Source: an uncultured Candidatus Binatia bacterium (GTDB lineage Bacteria > Desulfobacterota > Binatia > Bin18). Taken from it: 64,000 bases of DNA. Both the position numbers and the translations under genes were made by a program. The DNA is taken from assembly GCA_965214605.1 (NCBI GenBank), contig OZ243961.1, positions 224,001-288,000 of the forward strand, written 5' to 3'. Below the pieces are notes generated by a model that made no database searches, was not told where the DNA came from, and saw nothing but the letters and a program-made list of their open reading frames with translations. Shown here piece by piece: positions 32,421 through 40,964 of this stretch; the stretch's first letter is position 1; each line of letters begins with the position of its first letter.

Positions 32421-35143
32421 CGGAAGAGAATTACAAGAAAAAGCTGATTGAAGTTGCAATACCTTTGGAGGCTATAAACAAAGCATCGGCGCGAGAAAAA
32501 TCTATACGACACAGTCATCCAAGCACTCTGCATTTATGGTGGGCACGTCGTCCGCTTGCAGCTTGTCGAGCTATCCTGTTCTCCCAACTTGTGGATGATC
32601 CATCGGCCCATCCGGATAAATTTCCGACAGAGGAAGCGCAAGAGAAAGAGCGACAACGGCTCTTTAAAATCATAGAAGATCTCGTTGTCTGGGAAAATAG
32701 TACAAACGAAGGTGTACTGGAGCGCGCAAGAGAGGAAATTCGGAAAAGTTGCGACGGCGAACTGCCTCCGGTTCATGATCCATTTTCTGGAGGAGGTTCA
32801 ATCCCACTCGAAGCGCAGCGTTTAGGGTTGCCAGCATATGGTAGCGATCTTAATCCCGTCGCAGTAATCATCGGCAAGGCGATGATAGAAATCCCACCCA
32901 AATACAAAGATATGAAACCAGTCCACCCTAGATCAGCGGAGCAACTGAACTATCAGGGAGCGGAGGGATTGGCCGAAGACATCCTGTGGTACGCAGGAGA
33001 GCTCCGGGAACGAGCCTGGAAAAAAATTGGGCACCTTTACCCAAAGGTAACTCTCTCAAAAGAAGATGGGGGCGGAGAAGCCACCGTTCTCGCTTGGCTA
33101 TGGGCACGAACAGTTGCGAGCCCAAACCCCGCAATGGGTGGCGCATATATACCTCTAATTTCAAACTACTGGCTCTGTAAAAAGCCAAAGAAAAAGGTAT
33201 GGATTCAGCCGGTCATTAATGGCAAATCCATCTCTTTCGAAGTACATCGTGGGACACCCAAAGATGAAGAAACAATCTCAGCGGGCACAAAGTCAGGTCG
33301 AGGGGCAAATTTTAGATGCATATTGAGTGGGGACGCTGTTACAGCCGAATACGTCAAAGCTGAAGGCATGACCGGGCGAATGGGCTGGCGCCTAGTAGCG
33401 ATAGTTGCTGAGGGCAAAGGCGGTAGGCGTTATGCCTCTCCGACTGAGGAGCATGAGCAACTTGCATTTTCAGAGAAGCCAGATTGGAGACCTGAGTTTC
33501 CGTTATCCCAACATCCGCAATATATGAGTGTAACAAACTATGGTCCGACAAATGTGTCCGATCTTTTTATGGACCGCCAAACTGTAGCATTGAATACATT
33601 CATTGACCTGATACCGGAGCTCGTGGGAGAGATAAATGGCCCTCAAGGTTACCGTCAAGCAATTGAAGTCTATTTGTCGCTAGGTGTCAGTCGGTTGGCC
33701 AACCGACAATCCACGAATACGTTCTGGCATACCAGCGGTGAAAAGGTTGAACAGGTTTTTGCAATGCAAGCATTGCCAATGCGATGGGATACTGCTGAAG
33801 GAAATCCTTTTTCCTCATCGTCAGGAAATTTTATCGGCCAGGTTGAGTATCTTGAGAAGAGTGTCAGAGCACTTCCACGTAGAAATGCGAGCGGTCAATT
33901 AATACAGAATGATGCCCAAAACGTGGACTTCGACAATCGCGTAGTTTCGACCGATCCACCCTATTACGATAACGTTCCCTACGCCGACCTTTCCGATTTC
34001 TTTTACGTCTGGCTACGCCGGGCGTTAAAGGATCAATACAGCGACCTGTTTGGTACAGTACTGGCTCCTAAAGCAGAAGAGTTAGTAGCGGATTATAAAA
34101 GGCATCACGGTCGAGACGAAGCAGACAAATTCTTCCTTGATGGAATGACGGAAGTGTTGCGGCACATGGCTACGCAAGGCCGCCAGGACGTACCAGCATC
34201 GATCTATTACGCATTTCGACAGGGAGAGGTCGATGAAGGAGGAATATCGTCAAAGGGTTGGGCAACCTTCCTACAATCGATAATTGCGGCCGGCTATCAA
34301 ATCGGAGCCACATGGCCAGTTCGAACAGAATTGGTTGGTAATTTGAAGAAGAACCGGAATGCTCTGGCAACATCCGTTGTTATGTCCTGCCGTCCACGCC
34401 GGAAAAACGCGGAAATCGTGTCCAGGGTTGAATTTATTCGTGCGCTAAAAAAAGAGCTGCCCATTGCATTAAAGGAAATGCATCACGCAAACATTGCTCC
34501 TGTCGATGTCTCGCAAGCATCCATTGGCCCCGGTATCGGAATATTAAGCCGATACAAATCAGTTTTGGAGAGCGATGACACCTCAATGTCGGTGAAATCG
34601 GCATTGCAAATAATCAATGAAGAGCTGGATTCATTTTTGACAGAACAGGAGGGCGAATTTGATGCAGAAACCCGATTCGCTGTGACCTGGTTTGAGCAGA
34701 ACGGATTGAACGCTGGAGAATTCGGCGATGCCGACAATCTAGCGCGGGCTCGCGGTGTGTCGGTAGATAGTGTTAAGCACGCTGGCATTGTCGAATCTTC
34801 TGCTGGCAAAGTCCGGCTACTTTCCCGTGCCGAATTGGAAGACGGATGGATGCCTGCAAACGATACTCATCTTACTATATGGGAGTGCACCCAGTATTTA
34901 CTTCGCGCCTTACAGGATGAAGGTGAATATGCGGCGGCTACTCTCTTAAAGCGGATGAGTCCGGGAACGGCGGACTCGGCTCGTGATCTCGCATACCGCC
35001 TGTTCGATATCTGCGATAAACAGGGAGAGTCGAAGGAAGCTAGCTCTTATAATTCTCTGATTGCTGTATGGCCGGACCTCACAGCACAGGCCGCAACGAT
35101 CTCAGACGTAGAGCTGGGACAAGAACAGCTCAGCATGATCTAA
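32417..35143 (+). CDS. DUF1156 adenine-specific DNA methyltransferase
   Basis: LIEVAIPL...HLWWARRPL N-terminus, motif I DPFSGGGSIPLE, motif IV TDPPYYD; ATGA overlap with the helicase. Confidence 0.92.
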   Translation: MTEENYKKKLIEVAIPLEAINKASAREKSIRHSHPSTLHLWWARRPLAACRAILFSQLVDDPSAHPDKFPTEEAQEKERQRLFKIIEDLVVWENSTNEGVLERAREEIRKSCDGELPPVHDPFSGGGSIPLEAQRLGLPAYGSDLNPVAVIIGKAMIEIPPKYKDMKPVHPRSAEQLNYQGAEGLAEDILWYAGELRERAWKKIGHLYPKVTLSKEDGGGEATVLAWLWARTVASPNPAMGGAYIPLISNYWLCKKPKKKVWIQPVINGKSISFEVHRGTPKDEETISAGTKSGRGANFRCILSGDAVTAEYVKAEGMTGRMGWRLVAIVAEGKGGRRYASPTEEHEQLAFSEKPDWRPEFPLSQHPQYMSVTNYGPTNVSDLFMDRQTVALNTFIDLIPELVGEINGPQGYRQAIEVYLSLGVSRLANRQSTNTFWHTSGEKVEQVFAMQALPMRWDTAEGNPFSSSSGNFIGQVEYLEKSVRALPRRNASGQLIQNDAQNVDFDNRVVSTDPPYYDNVPYADLSDFFYVWLRRALKDQYSDLFGTVLAPKAEELVADYKRHHGRDEADKFFLDGMTEVLRHMATQGRQDVPASIYYAFRQGEVDEGGISSKGWATFLQSIIAAGYQIGATWPVRTELVGNLKKNRNALATSVVMSCRPRRKNAEIVSRVEFIRALKKELPIALKEMHHANIAPVDVSQASIGPGIGILSRYKSVLESDDTSMSVKSALQIINEELDSFLTEQEGEFDAETRFAVTWFEQNGLNAGEFGDADNLARARGVSVDSVKHAGIVESSAGKVRLLSRAELEDGWMPANDTHLTIWECTQYLLRALQDEGEYAAATLLKRMSPGTADSARDLAYRLFDICDKQGESKEASSYNSLIAVWPDLTAQAATISDVELGQEQLSMI

Positions 35144-35154
35144 GGGGATCACCA

Positions 35155-38100
35155 ATGGCAAAATCAACTCGACAGTATGTATTCGAAGGCATGGAGCTTC
35201 TCCCAGAGGGCCTTGCGAGCTTCGTGGAGAAACGCCTCGAATCTTCAATTAAAGGTCATTGGCAAGTAGAAGTGCTGGAACGATATCACGGTCTGCGTCC
35301 AAACAAAGACGGTGAAGTTAATTGGGACCAGCAGGCGCTTCTGAAAGTAATGGAAATATTCTGGAATGAAGCTTTTCGAGATGTTTTAGGTCGAACAGAG
35401 CGATCTCTGGTGTCTGAGTTGATGGAGGTTCGTAACAAGGTTTCACACAACGAAAAGTTCTCATATGACGACGCAGAGCGGGCCTTGGACAGTATCCGGC
35501 GACTCCTAACAGGAGTCAGCGCTTCGGAAGCGGCGGACAAAGTCGGTGTAATGCGAGACGAAGTGCTGCGCGTCAAATTCCGCGAACTTGCTCGAAATGA
35601 GGAACGTAAAAAGACCCAGAAATTCGATATTGCTGTAGAAGCCGTCGCTGGATTATTGCCCTGGAAAGAAGTTGTTACCCCGCACGATGACGTTGCTACC
35701 GGAGAGTTTCAGCAGGCGGAGTTTGCCGCAGATTTGGCAAAAGTCTATAACGGAAGCGCACCATCCGAATATCTGAATCCTCAAGAGTTTTTCGCACGCA
35801 CCTACCTAACGGATGGTCTCAGCGTAATGCTCGCTCATGCTGCCAAGAGATTGTCCGGCAAAGGGGGCGATCCAGTCGTCGAGCTACAGACGAATTTTGG
35901 CGGCGGTAAAACACACTCCCTGCTGGCACTCTATCATATGGTCGGCGAACACAGCGCTAAAGACCTTGCTGGACTAGACCAGTTACTTGAGAAAGAAGGT
36001 TTGAGTATTCCGGAAAATGTTTGCCGTGCCGTTTTGGTGGGAACATCGCGTGGACCACAAGATGTGATCAAAACGGTAGACGGACTCACCATACGCACTA
36101 CTTGGGGAGAGATGGCATGGCAATTGGGAGGAAAGGAAGGATATTCACTCGTCAAGGACTGTGACGAGAAAGGCGTTTCACCTGGTTCAGAGCTACTTGA
36201 GAAGCTTTTCAAAGCTTACAGCCCATGCCTAATACTTGTAGATGAATGGGTTGCTTACCTCAGACAGGTATACAAGGTAGAAGGCTTACCATCAGGAACG
36301 TTTGATGCGAACCTGACTTTCGTTCAATCCTTGACAGAAGCCGTTAAAGCATGTCCGGAAACATTGCTAGTTGCGTCTTTGCCAGCGTCCCAGATGGAGG
36401 TTGGCGGCGAAGGTGGACAAGAAGCACTCGCTCGACTCAAACAGACGTTTAGCCGCGTTGAATCCTCATGGATGCCTGCAACACAGGAAGAAAGCTATGA
36501 GATCGTCCGTCGGCGTCTCTTCCAGGAAATATCCGGTGAAAAAGCCCGCCATCGGGACAATGCGATAAAGCAATTCATAAAACTATATCGTGAAGACACG
36601 GATTCTTTCCCACAGGGATGCGAATCCGAAGACTATCGTCGCAAGCTGGAAAAGGCATATCCGATTCATCCCGAGCTGTTTGACCAGCTCTACGTTACCT
36701 GGGGATCGATAGAGAAGTTTCAACGAACACGAGGTGTTCTTCGCCTAATGGCCCAAGTGGTCCATCAGCTTTGGATGGCAAACGACCCTTCGATCACGAT
36801 CATGCCGGGAAGTGTTCCAGCTAGTTCGCCTCGCGTCGAGCCGGAGCTCAGCAAATATCTAGCCCAAGGTTGGGGTTCCATCATTGCTGGAGATATAGAT
36901 GGAACTCAATCGACGCCATACCTAATAGATCAGGGGGCGCCTAACCTGAACCGCTATTCAGCAACCAGGCGAGTTGCTCGCGCCTTATTCCTGGGTTCAG
37001 CGCCCACTTCAGAAGGACAAAATAAAGGGCTTGATGATAAGCACATAAATCTTGGTGTTGTACAGCCGGGAGAAAAGACGAATATTTTTGGAGACGCCCT
37101 ACGCCGTTTGGCAAATCAGGCGAAATTCCTTCACCGCGATCTCGGACGATATTGGTATTCAACCGCACCGAGCCTAAGCCGGATGGCGGCGGATGATGCG
37201 AGACAACTCGAAGAAGAGCTGATACTCGTAACCATCGACCAACTGCTTGCAAAGTATGTAAACAAACTTGCAGATCGTGGTGGGTTCGATTCTGTCCATT
37301 GTGCGCCCAGTTCATCGGCCGACGTAACCGATGAGCCTGGAGGCGTCCGCGCAGCAGTTTTGGGCGTGAAACATGTGCATTCAAGTGGTTGCACTGAGTC
37401 GGAAGCTATGACCGAAGCAAAGGACATTCTGCTGCAACGCGGATCAAGTCCTCGCGTATATCGGAACACTCTAGCCTTTATTGCAGCCGATTCGCGTGCA
37501 TTGGACAATTTGAAAGAAGCGGTCCGTTACTCAATCGCTTGGCAAGGTATTGTATCGAAAACTGTCAGGTTGAATTTGACTCAAAGCGACGCAGCTAGAG
37601 CAAAAGAGCAGCTAGAAGAAGCGAACTCGACTTTGGACACGCGCCTCAAAGAAGCATGGAGCTGGATGATTTATCCAAGCCAATCGGATGCCCATGAAGA
37701 TGTTGAGTTGATTGCCAAGAAGCTATCAACTCAAGATAACGTGCTGGTCCGCGCGACAAAAAAGATGGTCAGCGGGGAGGCCATGTTCACCGAGCTGGGA
37801 CCTGTTCGGCTGAACAGAGACCTCGAAAAGTATATCTGGGCAGATAAACCACACTTAGGGTTAGCCGACTTGTGGGAGTTTCATAATCGGTATGTCTATA
37901 TGCCTCGCCTCAGAGACAAGCAGGTTCTAGCAAAATCAGTTTTGGGGGCAATATCGCAGACTGTTCCTGGGCCTTTCGCATATGCGGAGCATTTTGATGA
38001 CGCAAACGGGAAATACCAAGGGCTGGTAATCGACCAAGGTGTTAATACACTGGTTGTGATAGACGCCGACAGCGTCATCGTGCGACCAAACATTGCCAAT

Positions 38101-38451
38101 GAAAACATGCCCGTGCCCGATATGGAAAGTGGTGGGGACGAAGCACCGTCAGTAGAGGATGTCGCTGAACCTGGTACCGGCGGAGACAAAGCAGAAGATG
38201 ATGGAGCGACAACTGAGCAGCTACCTACACGGTTTCAGGGTACAGTATTGATTTCTTCTGACCGACCCGCCAGAGATATGCACCAATTGGTCGAAGCAAT
38301 TATCGAGCAGCTGACGACAATTCCCGGAGCGTCAGTTGAGTTAAAGCTTGAAATTGATGCTGAGGTTCCAAGCGGGATCGATAAAGCCAAATCAAGAACT
38401 CTACTGGAAAACGCCAATACTTTAGGGTTCATAGACAAAGAGCTGACGTAA
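35155..38451 (+). CDS. Swt1-like HEPN domain fused to DUF499 AAA+ ATPase
   Basis: HEPN RNKVSH; PWKEVVTPHDDV, QTNFGGGKTH, LVDEW, YPIHPE, FQRTRGVLR. Confidence 0.9.
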   Translation: MAKSTRQYVFEGMELLPEGLASFVEKRLESSIKGHWQVEVLERYHGLRPNKDGEVNWDQQALLKVMEIFWNEAFRDVLGRTERSLVSELMEVRNKVSHNEKFSYDDAERALDSIRRLLTGVSASEAADKVGVMRDEVLRVKFRELARNEERKKTQKFDIAVEAVAGLLPWKEVVTPHDDVATGEFQQAEFAADLAKVYNGSAPSEYLNPQEFFARTYLTDGLSVMLAHAAKRLSGKGGDPVVELQTNFGGGKTHSLLALYHMVGEHSAKDLAGLDQLLEKEGLSIPENVCRAVLVGTSRGPQDVIKTVDGLTIRTTWGEMAWQLGGKEGYSLVKDCDEKGVSPGSELLEKLFKAYSPCLILVDEWVAYLRQVYKVEGLPSGTFDANLTFVQSLTEAVKACPETLLVASLPASQMEVGGEGGQEALARLKQTFSRVESSWMPATQEESYEIVRRRLFQEISGEKARHRDNAIKQFIKLYREDTDSFPQGCESEDYRRKLEKAYPIHPELFDQLYVTWGSIEKFQRTRGVLRLMAQVVHQLWMANDPSITIMPGSVPASSPRVEPELSKYLAQGWGSIIAGDIDGTQSTPYLIDQGAPNLNRYSATRRVARALFLGSAPTSEGQNKGLDDKHINLGVVQPGEKTNIFGDALRRLANQAKFLHRDLGRYWYSTAPSLSRMAADDARQLEEELILVTIDQLLAKYVNKLADRGGFDSVHCAPSSSADVTDEPGGVRAAVLGVKHVHSSGCTESEAMTEAKDILLQRGSSPRVYRNTLAFIAADSRALDNLKEAVRYSIAWQGIVSKTVRLNLTQSDAARAKEQLEEANSTLDTRLKEAWSWMIYPSQSDAHEDVELIAKKLSTQDNVLVRATKKMVSGEAMFTELGPVRLNRDLEKYIWADKPHLGLADLWEFHNRYVYMPRLRDKQVLAKSVLGAISQTVPGPFAYAEHFDDANGKYQGLVIDQGVNTLVVIDADSVIVRPNIANENMPVPDMESGGDEAPSVEDVAEPGTGGDKAEDDGATTEQLPTRFQGTVLISSDRPARDMHQLVEAIIEQLTTIPGASVELKLEIDAEVPSGIDKAKSRTLLENANTLGFIDKELT

Positions 38452-39130
38452 TTTCTATTGAGCGGTTACTTTGAATAGCCCCTCACCTCATCGCCCAGCG
38501 TGCCGGCTCGGACGGCATCTGAAGGTGCCTTCGCTGCCTGGCTGAAGAACGGCACGCCGCAATCGTCGGGTTCCGTACTCTGATAGCGGTGGCCCTGATC
38601 CCGTATGGGTCCTTTGATGCTCAGCGAGCGGACCTGACGGCGCGGCGGGTCCCCTTGAGCCTACGGGTAAAGTGAGTTTTAGCTATTAGTAGGGAGCAGA
38701 CTTTTGGATTTCCGTAGCAAGCGATTTCAGCTTGGAAGTCATATCCGTGAAGCGTCCTTGTTTCTTGAGCCAAGCACCGGCGGACTCCATTCTTCGAAGA
38801 CTAACCGCATCCAAAGCCCTCTTCTTAGATGGTTTGCTGTCATGAGCAGCAAAATTTGGATTTTCTTGCGATGATCATACTACGGGTGAAGGAACTGGCT
38901 ACGGCCGAGATGCTCACCAACCCAGCTGCCCAGGGTCGAGGTGTTCACGCGGATGAGTGTGTCGGGTGTCAACGATTCCTCGGATCCGGGTTCCGGGATC
39001 GACTTCAGCTCCCGCGACGAGGATCGCATCAGTATTTCAGATTTTAGAGTTGTTGAACGTCGAATAATTAATATAACGTCCATAATAATATATGCTATGA
39101 GGTATAATGACCATAAAGATGGACGAAAAA

Positions 39131-39475
39131 ATGAGCAAAACTCAGCTGGACTTGATGCTGCCGATTCCGGTCAGGCGGGCTCTGCGCAAGCTTGGCCAGG
39201 ATATCCGTGATGCCAGGCTCAGGCGGCGCATCTCCATGGCTGTTATGGCAGAACGGGCCTCTATTAGTCGAACAACGCTGAACAAGATAGAAAAGGGTGA
39301 TCCCAGCGTTTCGCTCGGCAACTACGCCAATGTGCTCTTTGTTTTGGGTATGGCGGAACGATTGGGCGACCTGGCGGATGTCAGGACGGATGTGGTGGGT
39401 CTGGAGCTGGAAGAGGAACGCTTGCCGCAACGTATCCGCAAGCCGCGCCGGTCTGGACAGAAGAGCAAAACCTGA
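39131..39475 (+). CDS. XRE-family HTH antitoxin (HipB-like)
   Basis: LGQDIRDARLRRRIS...AERASISRTTLNKIEKGDPSVS; translationally coupled to hipA. Confidence 0.85.
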   Translation: MSKTQLDLMLPIPVRRALRKLGQDIRDARLRRRISMAVMAERASISRTTLNKIEKGDPSVSLGNYANVLFVLGMAERLGDLADVRTDVVGLELEEERLPQRIRKPRRSGQKSKT

Positions 39476-40731
39476 TGGAAACAGCAGTGCTTGTCTATGT
39501 GGAGATTGACGGCACGCCGCATCTGGCGGGACGCTTGTGGGCGCGCGTGCGTAAGGGCAGAGAAAGCGCCACCTTCGAATATGATGCGAGCTGGCTCGCA
39601 TATGCAAACCGTTTCGCTCTGGAACCGGCCCTCACGCTTGGCCCGGGCCCCTTTCATACCACGTCAGGTAGGCTCCTGTTTGGCACCATTGGCGACTCCG
39701 CCCCAGACCGCTGGGGTCGGGTTCTAATGCGTCGGGCTGAACGACGACGGGCTGAGCGTGTGGGTGAAACGCTACGCACTTTGATGGAAATCGACTATCT
39801 GCTTGGGGTTGATGATGAAGCCCGTCAGGGCGCCTTGCGCTTTGCCAGTCAGGAGGGAGGCCTGTTTCTTGCCGAACATGAAGCAGCACGCATACCGCCC
39901 CTGATTGATTTGCCACAACTGCTATCGGCAGCGGAACATGTCGTTGGTGATACGGATAGCGACGAGGATTTGCGCCTGCTGTTGGCCCCTGGCTCGTCAT
40001 TGGGTGGCGCGCGTCCCAAGGCTTCTGTTTGGGACCGGGACGGGCATCTTACCATTGCCAAGTTTCCACACAAGGATGACGAGATCAATGTGGTTCTCTG
40101 GGAAGGGGTTGCGCTGCGTCTTGCGGCAAAGTCCGGTATCCCCGTGCCCGACTGGCGAATTGAGTATGTGTTGAACAAGCCGGTACTGCTGTTGCGTCGT
40201 TTCGACCGAGTGCAGGGCGAGCGTATTCCAGTTCTTTCAGCCATGAGTATGCTCGGGGCCAGCGACAACGAGTCACGCAGTTATCTCGAGTTTGTTGATG
40301 CACTGCGCCGGTATGGTGCTGGCCCGGTCCGGGATATGCATGAGCTTTGGCGACGTATCGTTTTCAATATTCTGATTTCCAACACCGATGATCATTTACG
40401 TAATCACGCTTTCCTCTATACCGGTCCGGACGGCTGGCAATTGACCCCAGCCTATGATCTTAATCCGGTACCCACGGATATCAAACCACGCGTTCTGACA
40501 ACAGCCATTGATTTTGATGACGGCTCAGCCTCGCTGGACCTGGCGATGAGCGTGGTGGGATATTTTGAACTGAATGAAAACAAGGCACGCGCGATTGCCG
40601 CCGAAGTCGGGATGGCCGTGAGAACCTGGCGCGAAGAGGCCGCGCGACTGGGGTTGACGCAAGCCGAGATCAATCGCATGGCCTCGGCCTTTGAACATGA
40701 GGATTTGAAGGCGGCGCTTTCTCTTTCTTAA
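39475..40731 (+). CDS. hipA: HipA-family Ser/Thr kinase toxin
   Basis: DSAPDRWG, SSLGGARPKA, IAKFP, RRFDR, NTDDHLRN, PAYDLNP. Confidence 0.93.
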   Translation: METAVLVYVEIDGTPHLAGRLWARVRKGRESATFEYDASWLAYANRFALEPALTLGPGPFHTTSGRLLFGTIGDSAPDRWGRVLMRRAERRRAERVGETLRTLMEIDYLLGVDDEARQGALRFASQEGGLFLAEHEAARIPPLIDLPQLLSAAEHVVGDTDSDEDLRLLLAPGSSLGGARPKASVWDRDGHLTIAKFPHKDDEINVVLWEGVALRLAAKSGIPVPDWRIEYVLNKPVLLLRRFDRVQGERIPVLSAMSMLGASDNESRSYLEFVDALRRYGAGPVRDMHELWRRIVFNILISNTDDHLRNHAFLYTGPDGWQLTPAYDLNPVPTDIKPRVLTTAIDFDDGSASLDLAMSVVGYFELNENKARAIAAEVGMAVRTWREEAARLGLTQAEINRMASAFEHEDLKAALSLS

Positions 40732-40964
40732 TGTTGGCGAAGGAATGGCGATGACAAAATCTCATGCGAATTAAGGAGGTGATGGTTAACGATAAGCTGC
40801 GTACACTTCCCGTCAACGCGCGGGACGGGCCATTGTAGAAGCTGGTCTATCAGTTGATCGAGAGCGTCTGATACGGCTCGAACGACTGGGTTTGTTTGCC
40901 CCAGTTTTCCGGGTAAGAACATAGAGGCCATATAATTGAATAATCGCGCGGAGAGGACTGGTGA

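Noticed and set aside
28890-38451. Calling the operon BREX or DISARM
   Set aside because: No PglZ/BrxL, DrmA/DrmB (DUF1998) or PLD gene; the composition fits the DUF499/DUF1156 restriction-like family.
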